From: an uncultured bacterium
Lineage (GTDB): Bacteria > Verrucomicrobiota > Verrucomicrobiia > Limisphaerales > UBA8199
NCBI GenBank assembly: GCA_963749495.1
Contig: CAVVMW010000023.1
Coordinates: forward strand, 224,001-288,000
DNA length: 64,000 bases
Direction of reading: 5' to 3'
The notes under the pieces: model-generated
Databases searched by the model: none
What the model was told of the DNA's origin: nothing
Seen by the model: only the letters and a program-made list of their open reading frames with translations
Shown here: piece by piece, positions 32,450-43,923 of the stretch
Layout: each line of letters begins with the position of its first letter
Position numbering within the stretch: position 1 is the stretch's first letter
Translations under genes and position numbers: made by a program

Positions 32450-35400
32450 TCATTGTTGGGCAGCAAGGCCCGATGCTCGAACGAACCGACCCGCTGATTG
32501 GAGTTCCTCGTGCAGCCCCGGTTCGACGCGCCGGAGTATGTCCAAGACCACCTCCCGCACTTCCGGGAAGAGCCGCTCCAGGATGCCCACATCCCTCGTC
32601 TCGAGTAACTCCTTTGCTCTCAGGAACGGCTCCAGCAACTTCAAAACCGCGTCCGTCTGCACTCCCCTTGCTACTGAGCGGGCAAGCCCAGGAAATGCTC
32701 GCGGGCTGGTCTCCAACACCTGCCGGAGGAAATTGCCGACCTTGTTTCCAAGCCACTCGGAACTTCCCCAAGACTCCATTTGGAAGGTGCAGTTGAACAA
32801 ACCCTCACAGATTTGGCTCTCGCCGCGGCGGAGGCAGGTTAACGCCACGGCGTGAAGAAAACCGCAGGTTTGGGACGCCGCATCAGCCGGAATTTGAATT
32901 TCCCCGAGTGCCGAAGGCAGGGCTTCCAACAACGGTCCAAGTCGCCCCAGGCATCCGAGCGTGATCTGGCGCTTTGTCTTCAAACTCCAGTCGCCAGGCT
33001 CGATTTTCAACCCGGCGTCGAAATCCGCCAACGCTTCGCTGTGCCGTCCGGCCAGGAGGAGCAGGTCCCCATGCGTGCCGTGGTAAGCCACCGGGCCGGC
33101 GCCTCCTTGTCTGGCATTCTCGGTGGACGCGAGGGCCTCATCGCTCCGCTCCAGCGCGGCAAGGATCCATGCCTTTGCGAGCCAGAAATCCGGATTGTCA
33201 GGCTCGGCAGCCAGCGCCTTTTCGACGGCCAAGAGGCTGTCTTCGAACCGCCCTAACTTTTCGAGAACCCCGGCCTCCAAGGCGAGGAGGTCGGGTCCTT
33301 CTTCCCCGGCCTTCCGTGCCTTGCGATACGCGTCCAAGGCAGTGTTAAATCGCCCCAGGCTCTCGGCGGCCATGCCAAGGTTTTGCCATGCCAGAGCGTC
33401 GTTTTCGTCAAGCACCAAGGCACGCTCCGCGCACTCAAGCGCCTCCTGGTCTCGGCCGAGGGCAAGGCAAACCTGGCACTGGCGGACCAGCAACTCAACG
33501 GACGGCTTGCCGGTCGCCACCGCTTTGCGGAGGGCCTCCAGCGCGCGGTTGAGGTTTCCAAGGATGCTTGCCGCGACACCGAGCCATTCCCAAGCCGAGG
33601 CACTGCCTGGGTCGAGCGCCACGGCCTGCTCAGCGAGCTTCAGAGCCTCCTGGGTCCGACCTAACTCCCCGAAAGCCACCGCCTGCCCAACACACAGTTC
33701 AGCCGTCGCTCCGCCGAGTTCCGAGGCTTTCCCCAAAGCCTGCAGCGCACGTTCAAAGTTGCGGCACGCACCGGCTACCATGCCAAGCCGTTCCCAAGCC
33801 AAATGGCTCTTGTCGTCAAGTGCAACGGCACGCTCCGCGCATTCGAGCGCCTCCGCTGTTCGACCCAAATGCTGAAGGACGAGGGATTGGTACCTCCACA
33901 GGTCAGCGCTTGGCCCGCTGATTCGTGTTGCATTCCTGAATGCTTCCAGGGCGTCCTCGTCCTTGCCCGCCCTCCCCAGTGCGATGCCCAGTTGCTCCCA
34001 CGGCAAAGGGCTTGTGGGGTTTAGTGCCATGGCCTCATGAGCGCATTTGAGCGCCTCCTCCGTTCTCCCGAGGTTAAGCAGAACACCGGTCTGCTCGTTC
34101 CAGAGGTCGGCGGTCGGTTTGCCCAGTTCTACCGCCTTCCGGAGGGCGTCGAGAGCGCGCTCGTGCTGCCGGAGATCGTTGGCTACGGCGCCGAGCTCCT
34201 CCCAAGCGGCAGCGCAATTTGGTTCCAGTCTCGTGGCCTCCTCCGCGCACGTGAGCGCCTCTGCTGATTGGCCAAGCGCTCTGAGGGCCACGGACTGGTT
34301 TGTGAGGAGGTTCGCGGTTGGCTCCCCTAACTCCACAGCTTTGCGAAATGCTTTCAGGGCTGTAGTGTTGTCCCCAAGCCAGCCCGAGGCGACCCCGAAC
34401 TCCTGCCAGGCGGACGCACTGTTCGCGTCCGTTGCCACCCCGGCCTCGGCGCACTTAAGGGCCTCCTCGGTCCGACCAAGATTCCGAAGTTCGATAGACT
34501 GGTACCTCCACAGGTCCGCAGTTGGCCCGGTCGCTTGCGCAGCCTTCCTGAAGGCATCCAGGGCACTAGTGTGGTTACCAACTCCGTCGAGAGCAATCCC
34601 AAGTTCTTGCCAAGGCAGGGGGCTGTTGGGATCCAGTTCTGTTGCCCGGTCGGCGCAGAGGCGCGACTCCTCTGCCCTGCCGAGGTTCAGGAGTACGATC
34701 GCCTGTGCGGTCCAGAGCTCGGGGCTCGGTTTGCCCAATTCCGCCGCTTTGCGCAGCGCGGCGAGCGCGCGCTCGTGTTGGCCAAGACCATTGGCAGCGG
34801 CACCGACCTCTGCCCAGGCCCTCGCACTGCCCACATCCAGCACTGCTGCTCGCTCGGCGCACTCCAGCGCCTCTTCCTTCCGGCCAAGCGCACGGAGAGC
34901 GACGCACTGAGAGGCCAGCAGGTCGGCGCTTGCGTCGCTCACCTCAACGGCCTTGCGGAACGCTTCCAGAGGCTCGTGCATGGTTGCCAACGCCACCGGA
35001 AACAACCCCAAGTGCCTCCCAGGCCCGCGCGCTCTCGATGTCCAGAGCCACCGCTCGCTCGGCGCACCCAAGCGCCTCTTCTCTCCGACCCAGCTCTTGA
35101 AGCGCCATGCACTGACCGGCCAGGAGGTCGGCCGTCGGCCCGCCAACCTCAACGGCCTTGCGCAAAGCCTCGAGGGCCCGCTCGAATTTTCCCACCTTTG
35201 CGGCGACGACCCCAAGCCACTCCCAGCCGGAGGCATCCGTTGAGTCCAGTGCCGCGGCATCTTCCGCACATTTGAGGGCCTCGTCAGTCCTATTCAGCTT
35301 TCCAAGGACCAACGAGCGAGCTATGAGCAGAGCCGGGGCCGGTGGGCCGAGCTTGGCCATTTCACTGAATGCGTCAAGAGCCCGCTGGTAGTCTCCCAGA

Positions 35401-37055
35401 TTTCCGGCTGCCATTCCCAGCGCCAGCCAGCCTTCCGCGAAGGCCGGGGCGCCTCGCAGGAGATCTTCGGCCGCCGCGACAGCGTCCTGCTCGGCGCCAA
35501 CATTGATCAGGGTGTGCACGTCGTGTAAAGCAGCGTGGTACCGTCCGGTTTGCACGTGAATTGTCGCTTGGACTTTGGATGCTGCCGCGATTCCTACTTC
35601 GTCACCTCTCCGAAGCGACTCCGCGGCGAAGTACTGCGCTTCTTCCTCCGCCCAACGCAGTTCGCCGATTTTGAGCAGCCCGTCCATACGATTGGAGAAT
35701 GCTCCGTATCGGATGTCATCCCCGCCCGCAGCTTGAAAATAGAAGAGCTCTTCGACATGCTTCACGACCTCTTCGCGCGGCAGGCCCGCAATCCCAAGCA
35801 GGCATTTTTCGTGGCTCGAATAAAGGGAACGGATTTCTTCTGGCGTGAAGTAAAGCTTGAGAAAATCGGCGAGAAACCGAAACCTCTGTCGTCCGGCGAC
35901 GGTCGCCGTTTGGCGCCAGATTCGGAAGAGCCTTTCGGAAATGTCGTACCGGGTGGCCTTCTGGGGCTTGAGTTTGATTGGCCGGACGTACTGGCCGGAT
36001 TTGAGCCGTTTCAACTGGGCGTTCACCAGCGCCGGCTCCAACCTGGCAGCATGAGCAATCTCCGTTGGGGTCGCCGGCCCCTCCATTTGCGCAATAGTGT
36101 CGAGGACCTTGCGCGCCTGGGAGGGTAACTCATCGAAGCGGCGCACAAAATACTCGCGCAATTCTTCCAGGAGGTTGCGCAACGCCGTCTCGATGTCCAG
36201 GAAGGCGGAGTGGGCAGCGATTTCGTAAAGGAAAAGAACCAGGCGGGGATTCCCGCCGGTGAGCAACTCGATGGCGGGAAGTTTCCGCGATAACTCCTGG
36301 CGGCGGCTCTCGAACTCTGCTCGCCGTCCGTCTTCCTCAAAGCAGCGGCCGACCAACTCAAGCACCTGCTCGTGGGTAAGCTCCGGCAAAATGCGGATCT
36401 CGAAAAAGTCGTGGAAGGCCGCGTTTTGACCCAGGATTTCGCGAAAGACGCTGGGAGCGGAGGCCAGAATGACGAGCACGCGGTTGTGCGAGAGGAAGCT
36501 GCGCAACTTCAGGTGTTCGGCTTGCGGCCACTGCTGAAGAACCTTCTGGAGATTGTTGATGAGAACAAGGACGTACCGCTTCCCGTCGTTGTGGAAGGCC
36601 TGCAGCCGTTCGAAGCAGCAATCAATGACGCTCTGGTCCGGTTCTTGCGGCAGATTGGGCGGGAGTTGCCACGACCGCTCGGCCGGGAGCGCTTCACGGA
36701 GCTTGCCAAAGAGGGCGAGGAGAAAGTTGGCCAATGAGTTTTGGCCCGCGTATTCCTCCTCAGTGAACAGAGCGCACTCCCACTCTCTGGACGGGGCACT
36801 CCAGTCCTGCGGCGGCGGCAGACGCCCGGCAACATAGAGGGCGATCAACGCTAGGATGTGTGTCTTGCCAATGCCTCGCGGCCCAACCAGGAGGGCATGG
36901 TTTGCGGGGCTGCCAGCTTCGATTCGGCGGAAAGATCGCAGGAAGTCCCTTATGAGGTCGTGATGGCCAACGAGGGTTCGCGACAAATGCTCCGCGTCCG
37001 CAAGCCACGGGGAGAAACGGGGGTGAAAGCCCATCGAATTACGGCTTGGAGCCAT
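32450..37055 (-). CDS. ~1535-aa STAND-like ATPase + winged helix + long TPR array (frameshift near 34970)
   Basis: GGAGGAG upstream of ATG 37055; Walker A GPRGIGKT; degenerate Walker B VLINNL; TGGNPR motif; wHTH-like ATPTEIAHAARL...QLKRL; more than 20 TPRs in 68-aa doublets. Removing one base restores GNHARALEAFRKAVE. Confidence 0.87.
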
Positions 37056-38232
37056 GATATCTCCTCCACCAATCCTGCATCCAGCGGGTTTTGAATCGCA
37101 CCCGCGCGCCTTCGACCTCCTCCACGTAGAAGTCATCCGCCAACCAGGTCAGGAGAAGATCGAACCCGGATGCATCGGCGGGGGCTTCCGATTCCTTGTG
37201 GTAAAGGCCAAGCAGGACAGAGCGGCGGAGCGGTTTCTTAGCGATGGCCAATTCGCGCAAGATGATTCTGGCGACTCGCGCCTCCGCGGGCGAGTAGTAA
37301 CGCTGCAATCGCTCGTGATAATCCTCGAAACAGTTGCGAAACTCGGGACCAAGAGCCCTCTGCTCGTAGCACTCCTGCACCATCCTCGGATTGGGCGGCT
37401 CTTTCCGCCGGCGGGCCTCGTTGGCGACCACCGAAGCCATGATTTGGATGAAGATAGGGAGAAACGTGGCAGTCTGGTCCAGGAACGCTTCTATCGTTGG
37501 CTCATCCAACACCACGTCGCGTGCCCCCAACAGAAGAGAAGCCAACTCCTGCGCCTTGGGTCGCTCAAGTGGTCCGACTTCGACGGGTCTGAGGTCGTTG
37601 ATCTTGGCCGAAGCGCCGATCATGGAGGCTATCCGGGGCAAACCGATGGAGCCGCCTACGAGCTGCCGGACCTGGCGGAACAAATCCGGAGCCTGACGGA
37701 GATGCCGAAGCCAGTCGAGGAGATCCTGCGCCAACCTCTTCCCGTCCTGGCCGGGGTTTGCAACTAACTTGTGGAGGAGTATCGCCAGCTCATCAATGGC
37801 AATCAGTAGTTTCTTGCCGGGCCTCAGGGCGTCCCGCACCACTGTCTCCCCTTGCACCCGCCAAGAGCCTTTGAGCTGTTCCCGTAGCTTGACCTTAAGT
37901 TCCCAAACCTCAAGTTGTTCGATGCTCCCCACCACCTTGGAGAGCAGTCGTTGGAGGATGCCCTTGCTGTCGTTTCGCAGCCTGGAGGCCTTGATCGCCA
38001 GATCGGCCACCAGGTCTTCGGGAGAATCGTAGTCCTGACCGTTGATCCACAAGACCTCGAAGCCCTCCATCGGCTCGTCGATAAGCTTCTGAATCAAACT
38101 GGACTTGCCCACCCGTCGAGGGGCTGCCAACAGCACCGAGTGACTATCCAGAGTCTGCCACAAAGTCCGAATAGTTTCTTCTCTGTCGAAGAACTCCTCA
38201 CCGGAAACCGGCGGACCGATTGTAATGTTCAT
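37039..38232 (-). CDS. Archaeal-ATPase-like (STAND/AAA) ATP-binding protein with a C-terminal wHTH
   Basis: GPPVSGEEFFDRE, Walker A APRRVGKS, Walker B IAIDEL, GGSIGL. Overlaps the downstream gene start by 17 bp. Confidence 0.88.
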   Translation of the reverse strand: MNITIGPPVSGEEFFDREETIRTLWQTLDSHSVLLAAPRRVGKSSLIQKLIDEPMEGFEVLWINGQDYDSPEDLVADLAIKASRLRNDSKGILQRLLSKVVGSIEQLEVWELKVKLREQLKGSWRVQGETVVRDALRPGKKLLIAIDELAILLHKLVANPGQDGKRLAQDLLDWLRHLRQAPDLFRQVRQLVGGSIGLPRIASMIGASAKINDLRPVEVGPLERPKAQELASLLLGARDVVLDEPTIEAFLDQTATFLPIFIQIMASVVANEARRRKEPPNPRMVQECYEQRALGPEFRNCFEDYHERLQRYYSPAEARVARIILRELAIAKKPLRRSVLLGLYHKESEAPADASGFDLLLTWLADDFYVEEVEGARVRFKTRWMQDWWRRYHGSKP

Positions 38233-38302
38233 AACGGTTTTGTTACATAACAATAGTGTTACGTAATAAGTACAGTTTGCACCATCTTGGCCCCCATGTC
38301 AA
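38226..38302 (-). promoter_or_regulatory. Sigma70-like promoter with three operator-like quasi-palindromes
   Basis: Minus strand TTGACA (38302-38297), 17-bp spacer, CAAACT. Repeats tgttcataacg (38226), tgttacataaca (38241) and tgttacgtaata (38257) lie between the promoter and the start codon. Confidence 0.6.
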
Positions 38303-38437
38303 CCACAACCGGGCTCTATGCGTCACCAACATACCTGCGCCAGAATAGCTCCGTGGCGCGGTTGGCTGAGCCGTGGAAACCGAAGCGGTCGGTGAATCGC
38401 CGCGAATGGTGTTGACGCCCTGTCGTGCCCGAGCATT

Positions 38438-39629
38438 ATGGCTGGCATGAACGCGTACCGAAACCCACCCCTTCCACCGCGCGTCCGGTCCGATGTGCGG
38501 GGTAAGCCTTTCTTTGCCTCAGCTTTGCGGCCAGTGATCTGCTGCCTTGTGCTCTCACTTTGCGCAGGCGGCCCAAGCCGCGCCTCTGGCGGAGACGCCC
38601 CTCAGGTTGTGCCGGCCCCTGTGGCCGCAAGCGCATCTCCGGAAACCAAGGCCTTGCTGCAACTGCTCTATCGCATTTCCGGGAAGCACACTCTCACCGG
38701 CCAGCACAATTTCCCCAACACGAAGGACACCTTCACTCAGCGTACGGCCCAGGTCTGCGGCAAAGTGTCGGCCGTCTTCGGCCAGGACTTCGGCTTTGCC
38801 GCCCCGGGCAACCAGGACGCGGCAACCGCCCGGCCGGACATTATCGCTGAAATCAAGCGGCAGCACGAGAAAGGCTCGATCATCACGCTCTGCTGGCACG
38901 CGGTGCGGCCCACAGATGACGAACCGGTGACCTTCCGGGGCAGCGTGCAGGGCAAGCTCACCGACCAGCAATGGAACGACCTGCTCACGCCCGGCACGGA
39001 ACTCCACAAACGGTGGTGCGCCCAAGTCGATGTCATCGCGGGATACCTCAAAGAGCTTCAGGCGGCGCGCATCCCGGTGCTCTGGCGCCCGTATCATGAA
39101 ATGAACGGCGACTGGTTCTGGTGGGGCGGCCGGGGCGGGACCAACGGCACCGTGGCCCTCTACCGCCAATTGTTCGAGCGGTTCCAAAACCACCATCGGC
39201 TCAACAACCTCCTCTGGGTCTGGAGCGTGGATCGGCCCACCGCTCCGCAACGGCAGTTCGCCGACTATTTCCCGGGCACCAACTACTTCGATGTGGCCTC
39301 GCTCGATGTCTATCGAAGCGACTTCAACCCGGCCTATTATCAGGACCTGCTCAAGATCGCGGCAGGCAGGCCGATCGCGCTGGCCGAGGTTCGGGCCGGC
39401 GCCCACGTTGGCCGTGCTGGAGCAGCAACCCGGGTGGACCTGGTGGATGACCTGGGCGGGCATGGTTGGGGGCAGATGGGGTGGCGCCACCAATGCACTC
39501 CAGGCGCTGGTGAACGCGCCTCGCTCGCTGAGCCTGGATGATCCCGCGTATCGCGCCGCGATTGCTCCAATCCGCGCAGCCTCGGGTCTGTCGGAGGCCG
39601 GCCCAGCGAGCAGTGAAATCAAGCGATGA
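38438..39629 (+). CDS. GH26 beta-mannanase-like glycoside hydrolase (frameshift near 39390)
   Basis: IITLCWH, IPVLWRPYHEMNGDWFWWG, YFPG..YFDVASLDVY, RPIALAEV. The C-terminus continues in the second frame (GPAPTLAVLEQQPGWTWWMTW). Confidence 0.9.
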
Positions 39630-39739
39630 AAAGAGGGCAGAAGGTATGCTCTGGCTATGACACATGCCGACGCGATGCTCCACCGGTTCAGGGGCTGCGC
39701 GGCACATTGACTAATTTCCTCAACCCCCCAAATTGGCGC

Positions 39740-40966
39740 ATGAAGAACCTGAATTTGCGAGCGGCGCTGGTGGCCAGCCTATGGGCGCTGGCGGGAGCCG
39801 GTTGCCTTTACGGACAGGATTGGCCGCAGTGGCGCGGGCCGAACCGGGACGGAAAAGCGGCTGGATTTGTGGCGCCCGACAAGTGGCCCGAAAAGCTGAC
39901 CCAGAAATGGAGCGTTCCGGTTGGGGTGGGCGACTCGACGCCGGCGCTAGTCGGCGACAGATTGTATGTCTTTGGCCGGCAGGATGCCGAGGAAGTCATC
40001 CAGTGCCTGGACGTTGGCAGCGGCAAACAGATCTGGGAGAACCGCTACCCGGCTCAGCACGTGGTCACCGGACCACCCGCCCGGCACCCCGGGACCCGGA
40101 GTTCGCCGGTCGTGGCGGACGGCAAGGTCTGCGCCTTGGGAGTCGGCGGCATTCTCTCCTGTCTGGACGCAAGCACCGGCAAGCTGCTGTGGCGCAAACA
40201 ATCCCCGGACGATTTCCTGGGCACTCCCTGCCGCTTCGATGCTGCCATGTCGCCGATCGTCGCGGACGGCCGGTGCATCGTCCATATCGGCGCCAAAACC
40301 AACGGCGCTATCGTGGCCTTCGACCTGCCGACTGGTGAGCCGAAGTGGAAATGGACGGGTGACGGCCCGGCATTTTCGTCGCCAATCACCATGGTGGTCC
40401 AGGGCAGCGAGCAACTGGTGACCCTCACAGCCAAATTCGTGGTGGGCCTGGATCTGGCTGCGGGCAAGTTACTCTGGCAGGTGCCATTCGAGGCCGTGCA
40501 GGGGAACCTCACGACGCCCGTCATCGATGGCCAGACGGTCATCTATACCGGCCAGGGCAAAGGGATGTCCGCCCTCAAAATAGAGAGGCGGGGCGAGGGT
40601 TTCGCCGCCACGCCCCTCTGGACCAACAGCCAACTCGGGGCGCGATTCACCACGCCGGTTTTGAAAGACGGCCTGCTTTTCGGTTACAATAACCATTTCT
40701 TCTGCGCCAGCGCCCAAAACGGCGCCACGCTGTGGACTGACACAGTCAACCGGGGCAACAGCGCGGCCCTGGTGGACGCCGGGTCGGTCATCCTGGCCAC
40801 CACCGTCAACTCGGAACTGACCGCCTTGCGTCCCAGCCAAAGGGAATATGTTGAGCTCGCGAAGTTCAAGGTGGCCGGCACGGAAGTCTGGGCCCACCCG
40901 GTCCTGGCCGGCAATCGGATCTATGTGCGGGACCGGGAGACCGTGACGCTCTGGGTAACGGAGTGA
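39740..40966 (+). CDS. PQQ-binding-like beta-propeller repeat protein (BamB-like)
   Basis: Signal peptide, DWPQWRGPNRDG, repeated CLD..SGK.LW blades, terminal WAHPVLAGNRIYVRD. Confidence 0.9.
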   Translation: MKNLNLRAALVASLWALAGAGCLYGQDWPQWRGPNRDGKAAGFVAPDKWPEKLTQKWSVPVGVGDSTPALVGDRLYVFGRQDAEEVIQCLDVGSGKQIWENRYPAQHVVTGPPARHPGTRSSPVVADGKVCALGVGGILSCLDASTGKLLWRKQSPDDFLGTPCRFDAAMSPIVADGRCIVHIGAKTNGAIVAFDLPTGEPKWKWTGDGPAFSSPITMVVQGSEQLVTLTAKFVVGLDLAAGKLLWQVPFEAVQGNLTTPVIDGQTVIYTGQGKGMSALKIERRGEGFAATPLWTNSQLGARFTTPVLKDGLLFGYNNHFFCASAQNGATLWTDTVNRGNSAALVDAGSVILATTVNSELTALRPSQREYVELAKFKVAGTEVWAHPVLAGNRIYVRDRETVTLWVTE

Positions 40967-40994
40967 ACTGAGCACGGAAGCTCACGGAGACTTT

Positions 40995-41705
40995 ATGATT
41001 ACAGTTCGTTCGTTCCTGGTTCTCGGCCTGGCACTCGTTCTTGGCCTCGCCATTTTTGGCTTTCAGATTGGTCGTGCGGTGAAAACCGGACGTGAATTTG
41101 ACCGCTATCTTGAAGTCAAAGGCCTGTCCGAACGCGAGGTAAAGGCGACCCTGGTCATCTGGCCGATCCGATTTTCTGTCTCCGCCGAGGAATTGGGCGC
41201 ATTGAAGACGGCGATGGAAACCAACCGCGCTCTGGTCCTCTCCTTTCTGGAAGAGAGGGGTGTAGATTCCAAGGAGATTACGCAGGGCTTGCCCGTAGTG
41301 AGCGACCGGGAGGATGAGAGGATTCAGGCTAATCGGCCTTCCCTTGCCCGATACCGTGGCGTGGTCACTTTGGTCGTGAGAAGCTCGAATGTGGACGTGG
41401 TGAAAAAGGCGATTCAGGGTGCGGATGCGCTGCTCGAAAAGGGCGTAACACTGGCCGGCAACGAGTCCGGGGATCGGATTGAGTTTATTTTTAACGCCGT
41501 GAACGACATTAAGCCTGATATGATCAAGGAAGCCACGGCTAATGCCAGGGCTGCGGCTGAGAAATTCGCCCAAGACTCAAAGAGCAAAGTGGGGCGCATT
41601 CGTAAAGCGACCCAGGGTGCCCTGGAAATTGGGGACCGGGACGCGGCTTCTCCCGAGAGGAAAGTCCTCCGCGTGGTCACCACGGTCGATTTCTTCCTGG
41701 AATGA
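40995..41705 (+). CDS. SIMPL domain (DUF541) protein
   Basis: VKGLSEREVKA, IKPDMIKEATANARAAAEKFAQDS, KVLRVVTTVDFFLE. Confidence 0.9.
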   Translation: MITVRSFLVLGLALVLGLAIFGFQIGRAVKTGREFDRYLEVKGLSEREVKATLVIWPIRFSVSAEELGALKTAMETNRALVLSFLEERGVDSKEITQGLPVVSDREDERIQANRPSLARYRGVVTLVVRSSNVDVVKKAIQGADALLEKGVTLAGNESGDRIEFIFNAVNDIKPDMIKEATANARAAAEKFAQDSKSKVGRIRKATQGALEIGDRDAASPERKVLRVVTTVDFFLE

Positions 41706-41766
41706 GGCTGCCCAACCGCTCGCTGGGCGGGACGGGTGCCAACCGTTTCACTCAGCAAACGAAATG

Positions 41767-42186
41767 TCACGCCCAAGCCAATATGACAGCGCCGCTCACG
41801 ATGAGCGCCCCTCCGAGGTAATGGTGCCAGTTCAGTTTTTCGCCAAGCACCATTGCCGCCAGCGCGATGGCGAACACCACGCTCAGCTTGTCCACGGGCG
41901 CTACGCGGGATGCCTGGCCCAGTTGGAGGGCGCGGAAGTAACAGAGCCAAGAGAGTCCGGTGGCCATGCCGGAGAGGGCTAGAAAGGCCAGCGTTCGTTG
42001 CGACAACTGGCGCAAAGAAGCCGCCGGGTTCGTCGCCAGCGCGATGGCCCACGTGAACGCAAGAACCACGGTGGTGCGCACCGCCGTCGCCAGATTGGAA
42101 TCCACCCCGGACACGCCGACCTTGGCAAGGATGGCGGTGATTCCGGCGAAAAAGGCTGATAGCAAAGCCCAAAGAAACCAGTTCAT
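41767..42186 (-). CDS. EamA/DMT family small membrane transporter
   Basis: MNWFLWALLSAFFAGITAILAKVG...SWLCYFRALQLG..SRVAPVDKLSVVF...LGE. Confidence 0.92.
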   Translation of the reverse strand: MNWFLWALLSAFFAGITAILAKVGVSGVDSNLATAVRTTVVLAFTWAIALATNPAASLRQLSQRTLAFLALSGMATGLSWLCYFRALQLGQASRVAPVDKLSVVFAIALAAMVLGEKLNWHHYLGGALIVSGAVILAWA

Positions 42187-42424
42187 GCTGCCAAGCCTGC
42201 CTAAACAAGCTTGTTGAGTCAAATCGGCGCCGGCCAGTGGAAAAGCGCAACGGTTTTACTGTGCCCGGCTTGTCTGGTGAGCCCGAACACAACGCGCTCG
42301 GCCGTTCGCAATGGTCTTGAATACTTACTCCAGCCGGTTTTCGGAGCTTGCGGTCTGAGCGGTTGCCCCTCACCTTCGGGGCGAATCCGCAACATTCCAT
42401 GAAATCCAAAATGCTCAGCAACCG

Positions 42425-42611
42425 CAGGATAGTGGCCGGGCCGCTGCACCAAAACGACAAGACCGGGAGCGTCTGGGGAGAAGTTGGGGCAGCGGCCATG
42501 ACCGGTCCGCTCGATCCAGGCGTCAGTGAGGGCGAACTGGACAGCGCCCGGCGGTTGGGCGAGCGCGTAGCGCGGCTGGCCCAGAAGCTGAAGCCGCCGC
42601 GCCCCTCTTAA
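42425..42611 (+). pseudogene. C-terminal remnant of a WrbA/flavodoxin-like oxidoreductase
   Basis: IVAGP...GAAAMTGPLDPGVSEGELDSARRLGERVARLAQKL; the N-terminal FMN-binding part is absent. Confidence 0.6.
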
Positions 42612-42664
42612 TTAATTCCCATTTTCCTCTCGGCGGACGAAGCCAAAGCGTCCCGATGGATCGC

Positions 42665-42752
42665 TGTCCCGGAGGGACACATGAGAATAGCCCAATGCTT
42701 TAGCATTGGGTTGGCGTGCCCCAAAACGGTCCAGTCCCGAAGGGACGGCTGA
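42665..42752. repeat. Half copy of a gtcccgaagggac-type REP-like element
   Basis: gtcccggagggac...aatagcccaatgctttagcattggg...gtcccgaagggacggc; same family as 50237-50432. Confidence 0.75.
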
Positions 42753-42855
42753 GCGGCCCGACAAACAGCCTCCACATCCCAAGTGACAGAAGTCCGGCCT
42801 CCCGGAAATCTGTCAGGAAAACGGCCCGGTCGCCCCGCGCTTGGCTTGGTCCACC

Positions 42856-43060
42856 CAGGGCTGTTGACAAAGTCGCTCGGCGCGCCTGTGCGCCAGGGGC
42901 GCCAGCGTAGCGCAGACTTCCAAGTCTGCTGTATCGCGGGTTTCCAAACCCGCAGGCTGTCCGCAAACCGAGGGCGCTCGACATGCCGACGCCCTGCCGA
43001 TTGGAAATCGGCGATACAGCAGGTTTGGAAACCTGCGCTACGGCTTTGTCAACACCCCTG
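42856..43060 (+). mobile_element. ~205-bp MITE-like element, copy 1, containing a REP doublet
   Basis: Terminal IRs cagggctgttgacaaag / ctttgtcaacacccctg; internal IR gtagcgcagacttccaagtctgctgtatcgc / gcgatacagcaggtttggaaacctgcgctac. Confidence 0.85.
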
Positions 43061-43141
43061 TTGGTCCGCCCCCGCCAATTCCCGTTCTTGCTACTTGGGT
43101 TTCTGCGGTTACATTAGGTGAAGCAAATCTGCCCAGAACCA

Positions 43142-43690
43142 ATGGCGCGATTCGTCAATTACCAGAAACGCGGCGTCGAACTGCCTCCCGGGTGCAAGGA
43201 CCTCATCGACGTTCTGAAGGGGAAGTGGAAGGCCAAAGCCGACAACGTGTTCGCGGGCAAGTGGGAGGCAGTGCCCAAACCTGACCTCTTTCCCAGCGGC
43301 GGCATTGGGCAAATCGAGCGCTACGTGACGCGAATTTTGGTGTCGCCGGCCAAGTTCGCGGCGTTGATCATGTCGTCTCTCGACAAACAGGTCGTGACGG
43401 GGCTGTATCGGCATCCCTGCGCAGACACCTTTGACGTGGTGTTGTTTGTGCGGCGGAACGACGAGGCGCTGGAGCAGGCCATTCGGGGGTTTTTCAAGGA
43501 GCGTGGGATCGACCACACGCTGGATTACCTTTGCAGCGGCGGGGTGGAGCCCAACTACATGCGAGCACTGAAATATCCGCTGCCGTCCGACGCGAAGCAG
43601 ACCGCCGGACTTCTGGCCGATTTGCTCAAAGGCGTGTTCGCCCTGGATGCGGAGGCGGGACTCGCGTTCGCCTATCATGAAACCTTCTAA
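43142..43690 (+). CDS. Hypothetical protein
   Basis: ORF with typical codon bias, starting MARFVNYQKRGVELPPGCKDLIDVL. Confidence 0.7.
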   Translation: MARFVNYQKRGVELPPGCKDLIDVLKGKWKAKADNVFAGKWEAVPKPDLFPSGGIGQIERYVTRILVSPAKFAALIMSSLDKQVVTGLYRHPCADTFDVVLFVRRNDEALEQAIRGFFKERGIDHTLDYLCSGGVEPNYMRALKYPLPSDAKQTAGLLADLLKGVFALDAEAGLAFAYHETF

Positions 43691-43923
43691 AGATGGCCAA
43701 GCCGGGCGAAACCCTGGACATGGGCGAGACGCCGTTCTGAAGCCTTCGGCCGGCGAGACACTCGGGCAGGGCAGGGGAAGGCTGCCGCCCGTCGTCCGCC
43801 CCGACGCCGGTGGGTTCTCCGGCCTCAGCGAGCACGCGTCACCGATCCGGCCACTGAAGCCTTGCCGGGAGGCTCCGAGTCTCGCGACCCGTGTGGGGGT
43901 CACGAGCTGCTCGCGGCGGTCGT

